Assembly: GCA_016178585.1 (NCBI GenBank) | Contig: JACOTA010000018.1 | Coordinates: forward strand, 34,442 to 98,441 | Reading direction: 5' to 3' | From: Nitrospirota bacterium | GTDB taxonomy: Bacteria; Nitrospirota; Nitrospiria; JACQBW01 | DNA length: 64,000 bases | Program-made: the position numbers and the translations under genes | Part shown: positions 17,591-26,124 of the stretch, piece after piece | Layout of the letters: each line of letters begins with the position of its first letter | How positions within the stretch are numbered: position 1 is the stretch's first letter | Notes under the pieces: model-generated | What the model was told of the DNA's origin: nothing | The model's input: only the letters and a program-made list of their open reading frames with translations | The model's database searches: none

Positions 17591-19041
17591 TGCAATATCT
17601 TCAGGTGGAAGAAATCGGAAGAGGGGGTATGGGCATTGTCTATAAAGCCTATTGCCCCGATCTGAAACGGTGCGTCGTTTTAAAGAAAGTCCACCCTGCC
17701 TTGGCCGTCGATCCGGCCTATCAAAGCCAGATCAAAAAAGAGGCTCAACTCCTCTCCCGGTTGAAACATCCCAATATTGTTTCGTATATCGGCTGCGATT
17801 TAATCGAATCCAATCATCAAAAAGAATTCTGCTTAATCATGGAGTATATCGAGGGGGTAAATTTAAAAGAGTGGTTAAAACTCAGGGGTTCGCTTCCTTT
17901 TGAAAAACTTGTTCCGATGTTTTTAGATTTGTGCGGGGCCCTGGCCTACCTTCACCAGAACCGGATTTTCCATTTTGATTTAAAGCCTGAAAATATCCTC
18001 ATGACGAAAGGGGAAAAGCTTTTTTTGACCGATTTCGGGATTTCGGCAATTGAGAGCGCAAACGGGAACACCGCGCCCCTGGGTGACCCGATCGGAAGCC
18101 TTGAATATAGCGCTCCGGAACAGTTGAAGGGAGAAAAGCCAGGCGGGAGGAGCGATCTTTATTCTCTGGGAATGGTTCTCTACGCGCTTTTAAACGGTAA
18201 GGGTTTTTTTGAAGGGGCTGAAAAACAGGTCATCTGGGGAAAGCTGGTTTATGAGGCCGCTCCTTTTAACTTAACCTTTCCTGAAGAGACGCCTGGTTTT
18301 TTTCAAAACATCATTCGAAAATTAGTCAATAAAGCCGCCGGCGACCGTTATCCGGATGTGAAAACCCTCCTGCTTGAATTTCACCGGCGCTTTTCGGCCC
18401 CCGAAGCTAAAGCTCCCCCTCGCCTTTCCGATTTAAAAGCAGATCTCCCCAACCGGAAAATTTCAGAAAAATGGGTGATTCTGGCAGCGGGTGCGGTCCT
18501 GGTGTTGATTCTTTACTTGAGCGCCGGTTTCGGGCCGGAATTAGTTTCTTCTCCCTCCGCCTTCCTTCCGCCCGCAGGAAATTCAAGCAACAATGAAACT
18601 CGCGTGGACAAGCCGGAGCCTCGGACATTAAACGAATCTGTAAGCCATAACCTCGATCCCGTCATTGAAATACCTCATCTGAAAAAAGAGAAAAAAAGGG
18701 TGGAGCCGCTGAGCAATAACGCCTCGTTACGGGTGCCTGATGATGATGAACTTGAGAGTTTTTTAAATCATTTTAAGTCAAACGCTGAAATCAAGAACCT
18801 CAAAACCCTTGAGGAAACCATTCAGTTTTCGCCGGACAAACTTTCCCATTTCCAAAAGATTTTTGAGACCAATCCAAAACTCGAGGTGGCGTTCCTGCAA
18901 ATCCAACGCGAAGGGCCGACGATTACCGTTCATTATCATCTTCTTTTAAACAAGGTGAGCGGGGAATTTCCGGTTAAATCCGCGGCCATTGAAAACGAGG
19001 AAATCCTTGTATTCCAGAATGGGACCTGGCAACTCAATTGA
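17590..19041 (+). CDS. Ser/Thr protein kinase (Hanks type) with one TM helix and a C-terminal extracytoplasmic domain of unknown function
   Basis: GRGGMGIVYKA...VLKKV; HFDLKPENILM; DFGIS; APE; TM WVILAAGAVLVLILYL; start overlaps the tadC stop (TAATG). Confidence 0.85.
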   Translation: MQYLQVEEIGRGGMGIVYKAYCPDLKRCVVLKKVHPALAVDPAYQSQIKKEAQLLSRLKHPNIVSYIGCDLIESNHQKEFCLIMEYIEGVNLKEWLKLRGSLPFEKLVPMFLDLCGALAYLHQNRIFHFDLKPENILMTKGEKLFLTDFGISAIESANGNTAPLGDPIGSLEYSAPEQLKGEKPGGRSDLYSLGMVLYALLNGKGFFEGAEKQVIWGKLVYEAAPFNLTFPEETPGFFQNIIRKLVNKAAGDRYPDVKTLLLEFHRRFSAPEAKAPPRLSDLKADLPNRKISEKWVILAAGAVLVLILYLSAGFGPELVSSPSAFLPPAGNSSNNETRVDKPEPRTLNESVSHNLDPVIEIPHLKKEKKRVEPLSNNASLRVPDDDELESFLNHFKSNAEIKNLKTLEETIQFSPDKLSHFQKIFETNPKLEVAFLQIQREGPTITVHYHLLLNKVSGEFPVKSAAIENEEILVFQNGTWQLN

Positions 19042-19144
19042 TTGCAAAAAATTCTGATCATCAATGCAAACGCAGACCCCTTTTCTTTTTATTCTTCTCG
19101 CAGTGTTGTGCCAAAACGGCCAGGTCTTTACTTTTCATTCTTGA

Positions 19145-19284
19145 CCCAAGAACAGAGTTAGAAAGCTGTCATTGCGAACAAAGTGAAGCAATCTCAAGAC
19201 TTTACGATAAGATTGCCACGCACCCTTCGGTGCTCGCAATGACATGATTAATAAGTGGGTGCGAAGTCTATCGCTGATCTTGGG
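19145..19284. mobile_element. Complete MITE with 17-bp TIRs (CCCAAGAACAGAGTTAG ... CTATCGCTGATCTTGGG)
   Basis: Near-identical to 54107-54251. Confidence 0.85.
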
Positions 19285-19340
19285 CTTGACAATGACTTAG
19301 TATATTGAGTAAAATTACTTAATTTATTGAGTAAAATGTT

Positions 19341-20543
19341 ATGAAAGTTTTTAAACGCCGGGTTTACCAAACCCTTCTTTCCCGTCTTCAGGAGCCGCGC
19401 CGCTTCATTCAAATCCTGTCCGGCCCCCGGCAGACAGGGAAAACCATACTATCCCGTCAGGCGATGGAAGATCTGGCGATTTCCACACATTATGCATCGG
19501 CAGACGAGCCGACCCTGCGCGACCGGGCCTGGATCGAACAGCAATGGAATATCGGAAGATTACAGGCAAGAGAAGACCGAAAGCGCAAGGGCGCATTGAT
19601 CGTATTAGATGAGATTCAGAAGATCCCCGGCTGGTCCGGGTTGATCAAGCATTTGTGGGATCAGGATACAGCCAACAAGGTTTCTCTTAAGGTGGTTCTC
19701 CTCGGCTCCGCGCCATGGCTGATCCAAAGAGGTTTAACAGAGAGTCTGGCAGGACGTTTTGAGTTGATTCATGTGACCCACTGGTCTTTTTCGGAGATGC
19801 AAAAAGCCTTCGGGTGGAACATTGATCAATTTCTATTCTATGGGGGTTACCCCGGAGGAGTGGATTTGATAAAGGACCCCGAACGCTGGTCGCGCTATAT
19901 CGTGGATTCGCTCGTAGAAACGACCATTTCCCGGGATATTCTCCTCCTGACACGGGTTGACAAACCGGCTCTTTTTCGCCGTCTCTTTCAACTGGGGTGC
20001 GACTATTCCGGTCAAGTTCTCTCCTATCAAAAAATGATCGGGCAAATGCAGGATGCGGGAAACACGACCACGTTGGCCCATTACCTGGAACTCCTTTCAG
20101 GGGCCGGAATGTTAACCGGCCTCTCCAAGTTTGCAGGCCAGCGAGTTCGCCAACGAGGTTCTAGCCCAAAGCTTCTGGTCCTTGATACCGCTCTCCTGAC
20201 AGCCTCTTCTTCCTATACGCTTGTTCAGGCCAGGAAGGAGAGTGCCTTCTGGGGAAGAGTGGTGGAATCTGCGGTGGGGGCACATCTGGTGAATAGTGCA
20301 ATGGGAACAAAAGTCGAGGTATTCTATTGGCGAGAGCGGGGAAAGGAAGTGGATTTCATCCTCCGTTTAGGCAAGACCGTGGTGGCGATTGAAGTCAAAA
20401 GTGGCCTGAAAAAAGAGAGCCATCCCGGAATGGAATCTTTTTTACACCTTTTCAAACCGGCAAAAGCGCTTTTAGTTGGCGAACAGGGGATACCTCTTGA
20501 AGAATTCCTGTCAGCCCCCGCGGCTCATTGGGCCAGCCTGTAG
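19341..20543 (+). CDS. AAA+ ATPase of the COG1373 / DUF4143 family
   Basis: Walker A GPRQTGKT; Walker B LIVLDEIQ; C-terminal DUF4143-like region. Confidence 0.8.
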   Translation: MKVFKRRVYQTLLSRLQEPRRFIQILSGPRQTGKTILSRQAMEDLAISTHYASADEPTLRDRAWIEQQWNIGRLQAREDRKRKGALIVLDEIQKIPGWSGLIKHLWDQDTANKVSLKVVLLGSAPWLIQRGLTESLAGRFELIHVTHWSFSEMQKAFGWNIDQFLFYGGYPGGVDLIKDPERWSRYIVDSLVETTISRDILLLTRVDKPALFRRLFQLGCDYSGQVLSYQKMIGQMQDAGNTTTLAHYLELLSGAGMLTGLSKFAGQRVRQRGSSPKLLVLDTALLTASSSYTLVQARKESAFWGRVVESAVGAHLVNSAMGTKVEVFYWRERGKEVDFILRLGKTVVAIEVKSGLKKESHPGMESFLHLFKPAKALLVGEQGIPLEEFLSAPAAHWASL

Positions 20544-20638
20544 TGTTTTTCGTTTTTTAAAAATCCAATTCAACAAGACGGTTTTTTCTCTTGCATTCCG
20601 CTCTAACAAATTTATAGCAAATTTATATCAGTTCTTGA

Positions 20639-21460
20639 GTGCGGCCGGGCAAGGTCGCATCATCCAGCGGGTGAGAATCCCGTCCCGGAAGGCAGGCAAG
20701 CCACCGGGTAGCAAGTCCTTGGAGGGAGGAGGGTAACCTCTGACTTTAAGCGTAGGATAGCAAGCAAACAGGCCGGAGCCTCGAAAGTGACGCGATGGGA
20801 AGGACGACGCTGTTCAAGAAGCGGAAGTCAAAATGGATTTCTCTTCGTAACGGCCAAGAAGAGGCCACTTCCCCGGGGTCGGAGACCATGGCATGTTTGA
20901 CATCAGGATAAGGAAGCCACAAAGTGAACAGCGACATGAGGAGACACTCACCGTTCACAGAAGCGGGGAAGGGGTGGGAACGAAATTGTGTCGCATCGCG
21001 GAGAAAGCTCGAAGGGAACCGGCTTTTCGGTTCACCAGTTTATATCATCTGATGAACCGGGAATTATTACGGGAATGTTTTGAGGCGTTGCGAAAAGATG
21101 CGGCCTCAGGCATTGACGGGGTGACCAAGGAGCAGTACGGCTATAAACTGGAGGAACATCTGGAAGAGCTTGTAGAACGGCTCCACCGGATGGCTTACAG
21201 ACCGCAAGGGGTAAGAAGGGTCTATATCCCCAAGCCGGGAAGTCATAAACAACGGCCAATAGGGATACCCAGCCTTGAAGATAAACTGGTACAGGCGGGA
21301 CTGGTTTCAGCTTTTGCTCAAACGGTATCCTCATCCCCAACCTAGAATTCAGGTTAGGCTATTTTGACCTGCGAAGTGACATTTTGAGGAGCCGTGTGCG
21401 TTAATTGCGCAAGCACGGTTCTGTGAGGGGCCGGGGCCAACGGGTGTAGGGTTGAAATAC
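20639..21460 (+). mobile_element. Compact group II intron (about 0.8 kb) with internally deleted IEP: 5' GUGCG start, truncated RT ORF in domain IV, canonical domain V, short domain VI
   Basis: 5' GTGCGGCC at 20639; RT0-RT2 protein motifs; domain V 21388-21421 AGCCGTGTGCG-TTAATT-GCGCAAGCACGGTTC with AGC triad and 2-nt bulge. Confidence 0.65.
20893..21345 (+). pseudogene. Truncated group II intron-encoded reverse transcriptase (only RT0-RT2; RT3-7, X and En regions absent)
   Basis: FTSLYHLMNRELLRECFEALRKDAASGIDGVTKEQY...VRRVYIPKPGSHKQRPIGIPSLEDKLVQ; ORF stops 45 nt before domain V. Confidence 0.7.
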
Positions 21461-21509
21461 TGTGGCACCGCCGGGAAACCAGGCGGCAACGGAGAAGACG
21501 AATCTCAAC

Positions 21510-22472
21510 CTATAACACCTGAAGAAACCGGTCTACTCGACCTTTATACAACCTCATCAACTTTTGTAAAGACTGATCAGGATTTCTTCTTTCTGCCTGA
21601 CGTTGAAGGTGAGATACCCGTGAGGAAGAAATACCAAACATCTTCGCCACCTCCTTTAACCTTAAATTAACCACCTGTCTGAAGAGATACACCGTAGCAT
21701 GATACGCTTCCTGATGGTGACGTTTAAAAATATCCTTTTGACCAACCCCGTATACCTGACATATTTTGTTTAAAACTTCTTCTTTTTGGGGCCTCATGGG
21801 CTGACTCTGCTCTTTTGGTACCTCACTTAAGGAATAATGCTCAATCTGTTTTTCGCTTTCCTTTAAAAATTCTTCTTTCCCCAACCAGATTTGCCCCCGT
21901 AAATTCTCCCATGGAGAACTCATCCTTATTCCTTCTTTCACAAATCTCTGATAAGCCACTCTGGCTGATCCTTCTCCTCTTCCAAATTGACTCAATACCC
22001 ATTTTGTTTCTAACCATTCCGGTGGTTTTTCTAAACCCATTGTTGGAAGAAGACTGCTCCAGGGCCATTCTTCTATTTTCGCAACGATTCCCGCTCGAAT
22101 TGGATTGAGCACAATATACCGGCATAACTCAAGAAGATAGTTCTCTCGATCAACAATGATGCTTTTGTATCGCCCCTGGAATACATGCCCAACCATCCCA
22201 TGACGGCGGTTAAACGCTTGTGTGTAGACCCCATTGAGTCTGCGCATTCCATCCACTAAATTGCCTTCCGGAGTTTCAATCAGTATGTGATAATGATTGG
22301 TCATGAGGCAATAAGCATAGCACTTCCAGCCCTGTTGTTGAATCTCACGGCCCAGGAATTTTAAAAAAAACTCCCGATCTTGATCATCAAGATAGATGTC
22401 CTGCTGACGGTTCCCACGCGCAGTCAGATGATAGAGCGCTCCCGGATATTCTATGCGTAATGGTCTTGCCAT
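21510..22472 (-). CDS. IS200/Y1-type HuH transposase-like protein (COG1943, long form) with C-terminal DnaA-C-like HTH
   Basis: PGALYHLTARGN...CYAYCLMTNHYHILIE...GHVFQGRYKS; C-terminal QVYGVGQKDIFKRHHQEAYHATVYLFRQVVNLRLKEVAKMFGISSSRVSH. Confidence 0.8.
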   Translation of the reverse strand: MARPLRIEYPGALYHLTARGNRQQDIYLDDQDREFFLKFLGREIQQQGWKCYAYCLMTNHYHILIETPEGNLVDGMRRLNGVYTQAFNRRHGMVGHVFQGRYKSIIVDRENYLLELCRYIVLNPIRAGIVAKIEEWPWSSLLPTMGLEKPPEWLETKWVLSQFGRGEGSARVAYQRFVKEGIRMSSPWENLRGQIWLGKEEFLKESEKQIEHYSLSEVPKEQSQPMRPQKEEVLNKICQVYGVGQKDIFKRHHQEAYHATVYLFRQVVNLRLKEVAKMFGISSSRVSHLQRQAERRNPDQSLQKLMRLYKGRVDRFLQVL

Positions 22473-22670
22473 GAAGAGACTTTATATCACTAGAAGAGGA
22501 AAGTCAAGAACTGACCCTTTCTTTAGTTATCATGTAACTTATGATTAAGTAAGGAGAAATATATAAAGAAGGGGGTGACAAAAATTGACAATTGACACCC
22601 TTCGATAACTTCGCTAGGATCATCGAAATTTTTCATTCAATCCATTTTTAAACCATCACCTTAATTTTTA

Positions 22671-25358
22671 ATGATGTTGCGTTCTTTTTTTATTTTTCTA
22701 CCTCTGACTTTTTTATTATTGGCCGGATGCGCTAAAAACAACAGTAGCAGCGCACCTGATTTCTCTGTTCAAATACGGGGGAATGTGATTGACTCCCTCG
22801 TTCAGGGAGGGAATGTCACCGCTTACTCTTTTAATACAGGCCAAATAGGAGAGGTCCTGGGGTCAGCGCAAACCGACACTCAGGGGTTATACTCCTTAAC
22901 GATTAAAAGTTATTCCGGTCCGGTTTATCTTGAACTTCGGGGCGGAACTTACGTAGATGAAGCGACCGGAGCGGTCACTTCTTTGACCCGCGATCAGTTT
23001 CTTTCGGCCATTAAATATATTGAGGGGGGGAAAGATATCGGATCTTTGATGATTACCCCGCTCACCACAATCGCCGCGAAACTGGCCGGAGCCAGGATCA
23101 ATTCAGGGAAATCTATTTTTACCGCCATCGATGAAGCCAATAACGATGTCACCCATCTTTTCGGCATCAATATTTTGACAACCTACCCCCTTAATTTAAC
23201 CGGAGGGCTCACCTCTTTTTCTGATTCTGCCCATTATGGCTTAATTCTGGCAGGGTTATCTCAAATGGCCGCGCAAATTTCCGAGTTCAATGGCGTTCAG
23301 CCAGGGAATATCTACCCGTCGATTAAAGTTGCCGACGCGATGGCGATTGACGCTTCGGACGGTATCCTGGATGGAAAAGAAAATGGCCAGCAGATTTTTC
23401 TGGGGAGCTATCCGTTGGACTCTTACAGCTACCGGTCGAAATTGGGACAGGCCGCTATTCTCTTTTTATCAAACCCCAATAACCGTTCCGGATTAGGATG
23501 GAATGACGTGATTACCGCGTTAAATACGACCGCGTCGGTCACGAACATATTCCCGGCGGGTGATCTGCCGAAACCGGTCGATGAAACACCTCCAACGATT
23601 ACTCTTATCCCGCAGAACAACACAGCGGTCAATAAAACGGTTACAGTGACCGCCCATGCCGCCGACCTGTCAGGAATTGCGAGTTTAACGCTTACTCCGG
23701 GAATTTTGATCACCCCGCAATCTGAAGGCCAAAAGGGAGACATTTCAACCTATGTCTATATCTTTGACTCAACCAAGATTCCTGACGGAGACGTCACTTT
23801 CACCGCCACAGCGGCAGACCGGGCAGGGAATCAGGCACAGGCTTCAATGACGCTTCGGGTTTTTAACACTCCTCCAGTTTTAAATATGACCCTCCTGACA
23901 GGGAGCTGGGTGAATCAACCGATGTTCAATATCACCGGAACCGTGAAGGATAACTCCAATCTGGGAATGGCATCAGTCGTGGTGGGCCCCGTTACCGCGA
24001 CAGTGACCACCTCGACCCTCTCCGGTACGGCGCCGGCAACGTTTACCGCTTCTGTTCCCCTTATCCCCGGGAATAATCCGGTGGATATTGTCGCAACCGA
24101 TAAGTTAGGAAACACCACGACCATTAAAGGTTATACCCTGATCTTGGACAACACTCCGCCGACAGTATCAGTCAATCCAACTCTATATTTCGATGAAACT
24201 CAGATGACCTTTTCTTTTCAACCTCCGCAAATTAATTATTCTACAGCCGGCGCTATCCGAACAACGGTTGACGCCGCGAATGCCGTCATCAACAAAAATC
24301 AGGCACGGCTCTCCATTGGAACCGGAGGGATAAATACACTTAACTTAAATAGTATGAATCTTCCTTACTACAGTATCTCCGTCAACGATTCCGGATATCC
24401 CTCGACCCCTTTTAGCCAACTCCAGGTCTTTTATTCTTTCTCACAAAAGAAAACAAACGATTCGGCTTATGTCGTCATTAAAGATTTTTCACCGGCTGTT
24501 ATTGATTCTTCAAACACTGCCGGAAACGGCTATTTAATCCCGATTGCGGAAGAAACCCTTGATCCGATCCTGACTCAGACAGACCCTTCGACCTTAAACA
24601 GGATTCAGATTAAAGCCATTGATGGGGGAGGGAACGTCACCTATCAGGATTTAATCTTCTCAATTAATCTCTTTCCACCCCCGCTCTATCTGGCAGAAGA
24701 CCCTGCTTTTCCATCCGCCTCTGCGCAGGATAGGACATCGCTTTATTTTTATCACTTTGGTGTTCGATCTTCTCTTTATATCGCGGGGAATGTCAATGTC
24801 GGAAAAATCAACATTTCTAACTTCAGTCCGGTCAAGCTTTATCTCTCCACCTCTTTTACACAAAATACCAGTGCCTTGACTGTTGGGGTCAGCGCTATCG
24901 GAACCGGGTCTTTTAGTTGTTACCTTGGATGTTACAACATTCCGGTTAACAAATCTTACGTCTATCCTCATGCTTTAACTGTCAATAATCAGTTCTTATT
25001 CAACAGCCAGACGAATAATCCTCTTCCTCTTCAACCCAACGGATTTTACCAGATCAACCCCGGGGAAACGGTTTATTATTGGGTTCAATCGAGTTATTCG
25101 GGACCCCCTGTTTATAACGATATTCCACCTTATAATTATCCGCCGCTCAATACCTGTTACAGGACCGACACCTCTCTTAATTTCTCACATGGGGCTTTTT
25201 TAAGTATCTCTTCCATGCCGGCGCTTTTAAATAATGTCATGGGTAACAATAAAACGCTCTACAGTTTTATATTTAATCAATATCTATACTGGCCGGGGAA
25301 CCCTGATTTTTCTTCAATTCAAAACAACGGAACATACTTCACAAACTGTCTCCCTTAA
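22671..25358 (+). CDS. Large lipoprotein (895 aa) with Ig-like/Big-type beta-sandwich domains; function unknown
   Basis: Lipobox LLAGCAKNNSS; repeated TPPTIT/TPPTVS-led beta-sandwich segments; Thr/Ser/Asn-rich. Confidence 0.65.
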   Translation: MMLRSFFIFLPLTFLLLAGCAKNNSSSAPDFSVQIRGNVIDSLVQGGNVTAYSFNTGQIGEVLGSAQTDTQGLYSLTIKSYSGPVYLELRGGTYVDEATGAVTSLTRDQFLSAIKYIEGGKDIGSLMITPLTTIAAKLAGARINSGKSIFTAIDEANNDVTHLFGINILTTYPLNLTGGLTSFSDSAHYGLILAGLSQMAAQISEFNGVQPGNIYPSIKVADAMAIDASDGILDGKENGQQIFLGSYPLDSYSYRSKLGQAAILFLSNPNNRSGLGWNDVITALNTTASVTNIFPAGDLPKPVDETPPTITLIPQNNTAVNKTVTVTAHAADLSGIASLTLTPGILITPQSEGQKGDISTYVYIFDSTKIPDGDVTFTATAADRAGNQAQASMTLRVFNTPPVLNMTLLTGSWVNQPMFNITGTVKDNSNLGMASVVVGPVTATVTTSTLSGTAPATFTASVPLIPGNNPVDIVATDKLGNTTTIKGYTLILDNTPPTVSVNPTLYFDETQMTFSFQPPQINYSTAGAIRTTVDAANAVINKNQARLSIGTGGINTLNLNSMNLPYYSISVNDSGYPSTPFSQLQVFYSFSQKKTNDSAYVVIKDFSPAVIDSSNTAGNGYLIPIAEETLDPILTQTDPSTLNRIQIKAIDGGGNVTYQDLIFSINLFPPPLYLAEDPAFPSASAQDRTSLYFYHFGVRSSLYIAGNVNVGKINISNFSPVKLYLSTSFTQNTSALTVGVSAIGTGSFSCYLGCYNIPVNKSYVYPHALTVNNQFLFNSQTNNPLPLQPNGFYQINPGETVYYWVQSSYSGPPVYNDIPPYNYPPLNTCYRTDTSLNFSHGAFLSISSMPALLNNVMGNNKTLYSFIFNQYLYWPGNPDFSSIQNNGTYFTNCLP

Positions 25359-25373
25359 CCTTTAGGAACCTAT

Positions 25374-25961
25374 ATGCGAAAAGTAACGCTATTTTTATGC
25401 GGGTTTATTTCTGGGATCGTTTTTTTAGCCGGTTGCGGCAAAACCGATGTGGCTCAGAGTTTTGCCCAAGCGGTGATTAAAGCGATTGATGTTGTTTTCG
25501 ATAACCGGGGAACCCATCTCGCCTCAACAAACGTTCAAGACGTCCTGAATGAAATTAATACCAAACTCCCTAATTATGTAAAACCTGCTGATCTAAAAAA
25601 ACTCTTAGACACCAATGTCGTCTGGTATGGATCTATTCGGGATTTAACTGAAACAGGAACAGGAAGCATTCCCTTTTCCATTCAATTTTCAAACGCTACA
25701 GTCTCAAATGCAACTATCAATAATATCCTCTACGCTATGTCTTTAGATATCCCTGATGATGGAATTATCTCTTTCCTCGGTTCTGTCCCAAGTAGATTGG
25801 GAAGTTTAATTAATGTAAAACTCATTCAACGGAATGGAACAAATTACTTAACCGGCGTCACTCTTTTGAATAATACGACTCCCAATACAGCAGGTAATAT
25901 CAACCTCACCCACAACTATTTTGAATTGAAGCAATGCCCTCCAGGTCAAACGATCTGCTGA
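25374..25961 (+). CDS. Lipoprotein (195 aa), function unknown
   Basis: Lipobox FLAGCGKT; 15 nt downstream of the preceding gene; C-terminal CPPGQTIC. Confidence 0.55.
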   Translation: MRKVTLFLCGFISGIVFLAGCGKTDVAQSFAQAVIKAIDVVFDNRGTHLASTNVQDVLNEINTKLPNYVKPADLKKLLDTNVVWYGSIRDLTETGTGSIPFSIQFSNATVSNATINNILYAMSLDIPDDGIISFLGSVPSRLGSLINVKLIQRNGTNYLTGVTLLNNTTPNTAGNINLTHNYFELKQCPPGQTIC

Positions 25962-25984
25962 GTTCCCGTTGATTTTTCCCCACC

Positions 25985-26124
25985 CCCAAGAACAGCGATA
26001 GGATTTGTAACTCCTTGTTTTGCCTGTCATCGCGAGCGCCCGCAGGGTGCGTGGCGATCTCGGTTCACGATGGCGAGATTGCTTCGCTTCGCTCGCAATG
26101 ACAACTTTCTATCGCTGTTCTTGG
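25985..26124. mobile_element. Complete MITE with TIRs (CCCAAGAACAGCGATAG ... CTATCGCTGTTCTTGG), in the trpE leader
   Basis: Near-identical (about 95%) to 39935-40076. Confidence 0.85.

Noticed and set aside
19038-19247. 69-aa ORF
   Set aside because: It lies entirely within a MITE copy and reads through the hairpin.
26020-26097. N-terminal 26 codons of the track ORF for trpE (MPVIASARRVRGDLGSRWRDCFASLA)
   Set aside because: This is a translation of the MITE interior. An identical 'protein' prefix appears in the spurious ORF at 39955 from another MITE copy.
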